Shown here piece by piece: positions 59,423-64,000 of a stretch of DNA of 64,000 bases. Numbering within the stretch: position 1 is the first letter of the stretch; each line of letters begins with the position of its first letter. Source of the DNA: Moniliella sp. 'wahieum' (Eukaryota); assembly GCA_003971905.1 (NCBI GenBank), contig RSEE01000034.1, positions 372,001 through 436,000 of the forward strand, in the 5' to 3' direction. The notes under the pieces were generated by a model. The model worked only from the letters and a program-made list of their open reading frames with translations, made no database searches and was not told where the DNA came from. The position numbers were made by a program, and so were the translations under genes.

Positions 59423-62400
59423 CTAAAATGCCAGCAAGCCAGCGGGCGCGCGCGCGGTCCCGGTCCGGCCCGCCTCGCTCGTACTCCGTCGCAGGGACAA
59501 GTCACGATCGGACGCCGTGTCGGAGCTCGAGGCCGAGGCGCGCTCGGAGGCCGAGAGGAGCGAGGCGCGGGAGCGGGCTGAGCGCTGGTCGGGCACGCGC
59601 TCGTCCGGTACGCCGTCGTCCGGTGCGCCCTCGTCGTCTTGGTCCAGCCCGTCGTCCGACCAGGTGGTTCGGACCGAGAGGAAGGAGGTGCGGCCCGAGG
59701 CGCGCGAAAAGGAGCAACTCGACTGGCGCGACACGCACGATTCGTGCCGCCGTCGCGGCGGGGGCGAAAGGGGCGTGTGTAGCGACAGCGGGCTGCGCAG
59801 CGAGAGCGAGGGCGCGGAGGGCGACAGGGACGAGTAGGGGCCCGGGGTCGTCGGGCTCAGGCTCGGGCTCGGGTCGTCGGTCGCGCTGGCAGCCAATGCC
59901 AATCGCGGTTGGTAAAAGTCGTCTTGCACCTCAGGTAGAAACGTAGTCCGGCTCGAGCTCGACTCGGCCCCCGCGGGCCCAGCGCCCTGACGACCCGCCA
60001 ACGGCGCCCGACGCTTGGCTTGTTGTCGTGCGCGCCAGCCTAGCGCCAGGTCGTCATCCAGTTGTAGCGGCAGCCGGTTTTCCGGCACGATTGGCCGGGC
60101 CGACGTCGAGGGCCGGAGAGGCGTAAGATAATCTTGTGACTCTTCCTCCTCTGCATCGCAAGCACCTGGGCGGGGGCAGCATGCCGGACCACCGAGCGGG
60201 CGGCGTGGGTGGGTCAAAACTAAAGTGAATTTCCAGGGGCGAGACAGGCCTGACGAGAGGAAGGAAGCGCGCCTCACCCTTGGAAGTGGCCACGGTGGGA
60301 TGGGACGTCGGTGCCCCCGGAACCGACTTGGCTGTTTCCTCCAGTTGCGGCGAAAACGAGCTGCGCGGAGAAAGGGTAGCCCGCGACGCGAGCGATGCAG
60401 AAGGCGAAAGTGGCGTTGTCGGCATGTCCAGAGGGCGGGAAGAGCAGGCGAGGCAAGTGGGAACAGGACTGTGCACGTTTCGGCTTCGTTGGGCGGGTCG
60501 TTGGGCAACGCATGCCCCTGGGACGAAGAACACAAGGAGCTCGGTGGACTGGGCAAGTCTGGCGGGATCCGACTGGGGGCACGCCCATCACGGGAGGCGC
60601 AAAGGGTGCACGCAGTTGGCTTAGTGTCGATGTGCCCGCGGTAGTGGCCGAATCGGGTGTCGGGGTACGAACCGAGCGGGCGGGCGAATGAGGAAGAGAG
60701 ACCGTTTGCTCGTGATTGACGCTGATCAGGTGCAAATTCCTCACTGGCCAAGCTGCAAGGCCGACAACGCAAGGGGAAAGAACGAGTGTGGACATGCCCA
60801 TCTCCTGGCTCGTCCATCTTACCAGACGGATCGGGAGCGACAAACGCAGCGGGGGCGGTCGCTGTGCTGGAACAGGGATGGTGGAAAGATGAGGTGTGCT
60901 GGCAAGACTGGGCATGGGAAGAAGAGCAAGAAGAAGAACAGAGTGGTGGGGGTAACGCTGCGTGGGCTGAGGCAGAGCGCATAATCCAATTGTCCATCGC
61001 CGTTGGTTGATCAAGACGGGGTTCAAAGTGAAGACTAGGTTCGTCCTCCAAAACATCAAAATACCTTGCATCAAGATCGTGCAAAAACGTATCGGCGAAA
61101 CGGGTGTATCAGTTTTAGGCAAGGGAGGTTGGTCGGGTCCAGACACCGCCAACGGTCTTGTTACGGAACGGTGAGATGCTACGCGATCCCAACCCAACGA
61201 GAGGGTCGTGGCCGAGGGCGACAATGGTGGGTATGCAGGCGGCCGGGTGGGAAGTGAGGTCGATCGTGCTCCACCTCGATGCAAGGTGCGCGCCAGCGGA
61301 GGCTGGGACGATAATGACGGCTCCGGTGCGGGAGTAGACGCTGGAGCGGGCGAAAAGGCAGGACCAATGAGAAATACTTGTTCCGAGTCAGGCTCAGGCG
61401 CAGGTTGGTCCTTGGATTCCTTGGAAATGATGTAAATTGGCCCCTCGTCCGTGTTTTCTTCTGGCTGCAGCAGAGGGGCAGGAGGGTTCGATTTGTGTCG
61501 GTGTCCACGCCTTGGAGTCACGCTACGAGCGCCGCCGACGAGAGGAAGTATGGAAGAAATGGGGCGAGACCAGGATGGCGTCTGGGCAGTGGATGAAGAA
61601 GAGGTGGTGGGACGGTCATCAGGCGGTAAAGGAGCGGAAGCAGGGCGAGGGCCTCGGTGAAATCGAGGAGCAGACCCGTCGTCGCGCAGACCAGCATCGG
61701 CCTCTGGGACGGCAAGATGGCAAGACGAAGAGCCCGGCGAGCTGGGAAAGGAAGGAATGCAGCTGGTTCGGGGTGGGGGAGCGAATGGTAGAGGAGGAGT
61801 GGGTGCTGGAGAGGGAGTGAATGCTGGGGGTGGGCTTTCGGCAATTGAACGGCGGGCGCTGTGGTTGGGGCGGGATGGACGAATGAAACAGGCCGGGGTT
61901 GTCAGTACATGCGCAGAGATCACGGGAAGGATGCAGAGGGGACCAGCATCGAGATGCATCCAAGCGAAGCAAACGAGCCCAGAACGGCGGTGACTCACCT
62001 CATAAGCGCCTTGGCCCAAAGAGCCAGAACGGGAGCTGGGACGGAAGGCCGACCGGGAGGCAGGGCGCAGGGCCTGGACGAGGGACTGGGCATGGCTTTG
62101 GGCGCGGCCATGCGAATGGGGTGTGACGTTCCTTGGGCTGGGCCGTGGGCTTGGCCTTGGCCGTGAGCTGGGGCTGGTGCTTGGGCTGGGACGGGGCCTG
62201 GGCCGGAGGCTGCCCCAGGCGGGCTGGCAGGGAGCAGGCCGTCTGGGTCCAAGGCAGGCGCGGGGCAGGGTCGTCTCGGGTGCATGCAAAGAGAGAGACG
62301 CGCGCCATCGTCCGCACGCCGCTGAGAGAGCGCGGGGGCGTCGGGAGCGACGGGGCGGCGTGGCGGGCGGGGGCGGGGGGGAGGGAGGGCGGGGGCCGGC

Positions 62401-62500
62401 AGAGGCTCAGGCGGCAAGCGTGCGGCGAGCAGGGCCAGCAGTGGGCGTGGCTGGCAGCGATCGCATCGCCACGAGTCGTGCGGCCAGTGCCTAATGCTCC
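59423..62500 (-). CDS. Hypothetical Ser/Pro/Arg-rich protein
   Basis: Long overlapping minus-strand ORFs 59423-61084 and 60274-62289; candidate intron ~61888-61997. No recognisable domain; 5' end unresolved. Confidence 0.45.
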
Positions 62501-64000
62501 CTGCTGAGCCTGGGCGCCCAGACGGAGTAGGCTCAGGCGCTCAGGATAAGCGCTACGCGGGAACAGGCGGGAACAGGCGGGCACACAGCCACCCACCGGC
62601 GGCCACCCCTGCCGCCCGCCTGCCACACCCGCACTGCCCGCGTGCCGGCCTTGCCGCGCGCATCACCGCACTCTCCGCCCACACTGCCCCCTTCCCCACT
62701 CACGCCACCGTTTTTGTGTTGCCCAGCGCGCCCAGGTGGAAGCACATCATCCATGCATCGTCCCAGCCACACCCATGCTCTCTCATCGGACGCTGTGGGT
62801 TGCGCCCGTGTTGGGCCAGCTGGGACCTGGGCAAGGGGGACCTTGCCCAGAACAAAGAGCAAGTACATACTTTCTGTCGTGCCGGCAACGCCGGCAACGC
62901 CAGCTAAAGCCCCCGGCAGTATCCTCTCAGGAGACCAAGGCATGCCATGTCAACGCAACCCACCTGCTCCCGCTCCTCCTTCCTCCGCTGCCCTCTCCAC
63001 AGACCCCATGGTGCTGGTCGTTCCAATCCGAATAACCGCACCTGCTGGAGGTCGCTGCCACTCCCCCCGCGCGTGCCCGCGTGCCAGCATGCCCGCGAGG
63101 AACGATCGATCCGTCGATCATTGATCCCCACGAATTTTCCGCCATGGAAAACGCAACCAAAGGCATGTGCACCGCGAGGCATGCGCCTGACGCATGCCCT
63201 GGGGCGTCCTTGCCTCCGACCTCCTGGCTCAGGCCTCAGGCCTGATGTAGCCAAGCAGATTGACACTGACGCACTGACCACGGAACACGATCCTTTTTGC
63301 AGAGTGGGGAGCTACTTAATAAGTGAGAGAAAACAACGGAAACACCTCTCCTTCAACAAAATCATTCCCAATTAGTACATCGTTGAAAACACACCGTTTT
63401 GGCCAAGTCGCCAGAAGCCCAGAAAAGAGAGTTGCCCCAAGTCAAGGATGGATTGGAAAAGTGAGCCGTTATGCATTATGGGATGGGAAACCAGATCAAA
63501 GCCCATCAATATATGGGTCCCGTCCGGCGCGTATTTGATGCAAAAAGCTCCAACCTCCAGCTCTCTGACCGCTCGAAGAAGAACGATATTCCACTCTGGC
63601 TCCTCCAGAGCGTGTACATTGAAGCAGGGCCCATAATCTATGATGCCGCGGCGCCGTGTGCATCCCCGGGTATATCCCCAGTTAACTGGTGGTCTTCCTC
63701 TACGTCAGCACGGAGCGCGGTGGTTATGCGCGCCCCAACCGGGTCATGCTTTTGTGACGGGGTCACATGGCATGTCACATGACCACATCACATGCTCACG
63801 TTTCAAAGTCGGATTGTTACATTTCAATCGGCAGGGCATCCGCTTCAAAAGAAGAGCCAAGCAGCCAACGCCATTTCCGGTGCAAATGGCAGGGTGGATT
63901 ACATATCCCACTGCAATTGAAACCAACCCCACTGGGCACGGGCAGGCACGGCGCGTGTTGGCGCCTTGCTGGCCACGCCTCGCTGTCAAGCTGGCGCCCA

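Overview
GC-rich eukaryotic genomic DNA. Short spliceosomal introns (GTACGT/GTAAGT/GTGAGC donors, CTAAC/CTGAC branch points, YAG acceptors) and the gene content point to a basidiomycete fungus, probably Ustilaginomycotina (inference). The window holds about 21 mostly housekeeping genes: CENP-B-type HTH protein, annexin, CAK-like kinase, PDX1/SNZ1, RCD1/CAF40, IWS1, class IV chitin synthase, cohesin SCC3, a hypothetical protein, RRM+Pumilio protein, GPI-type PEBP, CDS1, CMR1/WDR76, MAS1, MES1, COX16 running into ERV1, RPL29, SRK1/RCK2-like kinase, TAD1 and two Ser/Pro-rich unknowns. It also holds two intron-containing tRNA genes (Thr-TGT, Glu-CTC) and a small repeat island with a solo-LTR-like element and a fold-back derivative of it. 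Most genes are broken by single-base frameshifts, most likely unpolished long-read indel errors, so CDS coordinates are gene spans, not clean ORFs. The best leads are: (1) an apparent Cox16-Erv1 fusion gene; (2) a TIR-bearing element built from LTR-like sequence at a 7-bp microhomology; (3) an unannotated protein with a spinophilin-like PP1 docking module and a 4x DPLxxFS repeat; (4) a family of intergenic 7-bp-period arrays, many built on 6-bp palindromes. No prokaryote-style system (CRISPR, operon, phage) is present.
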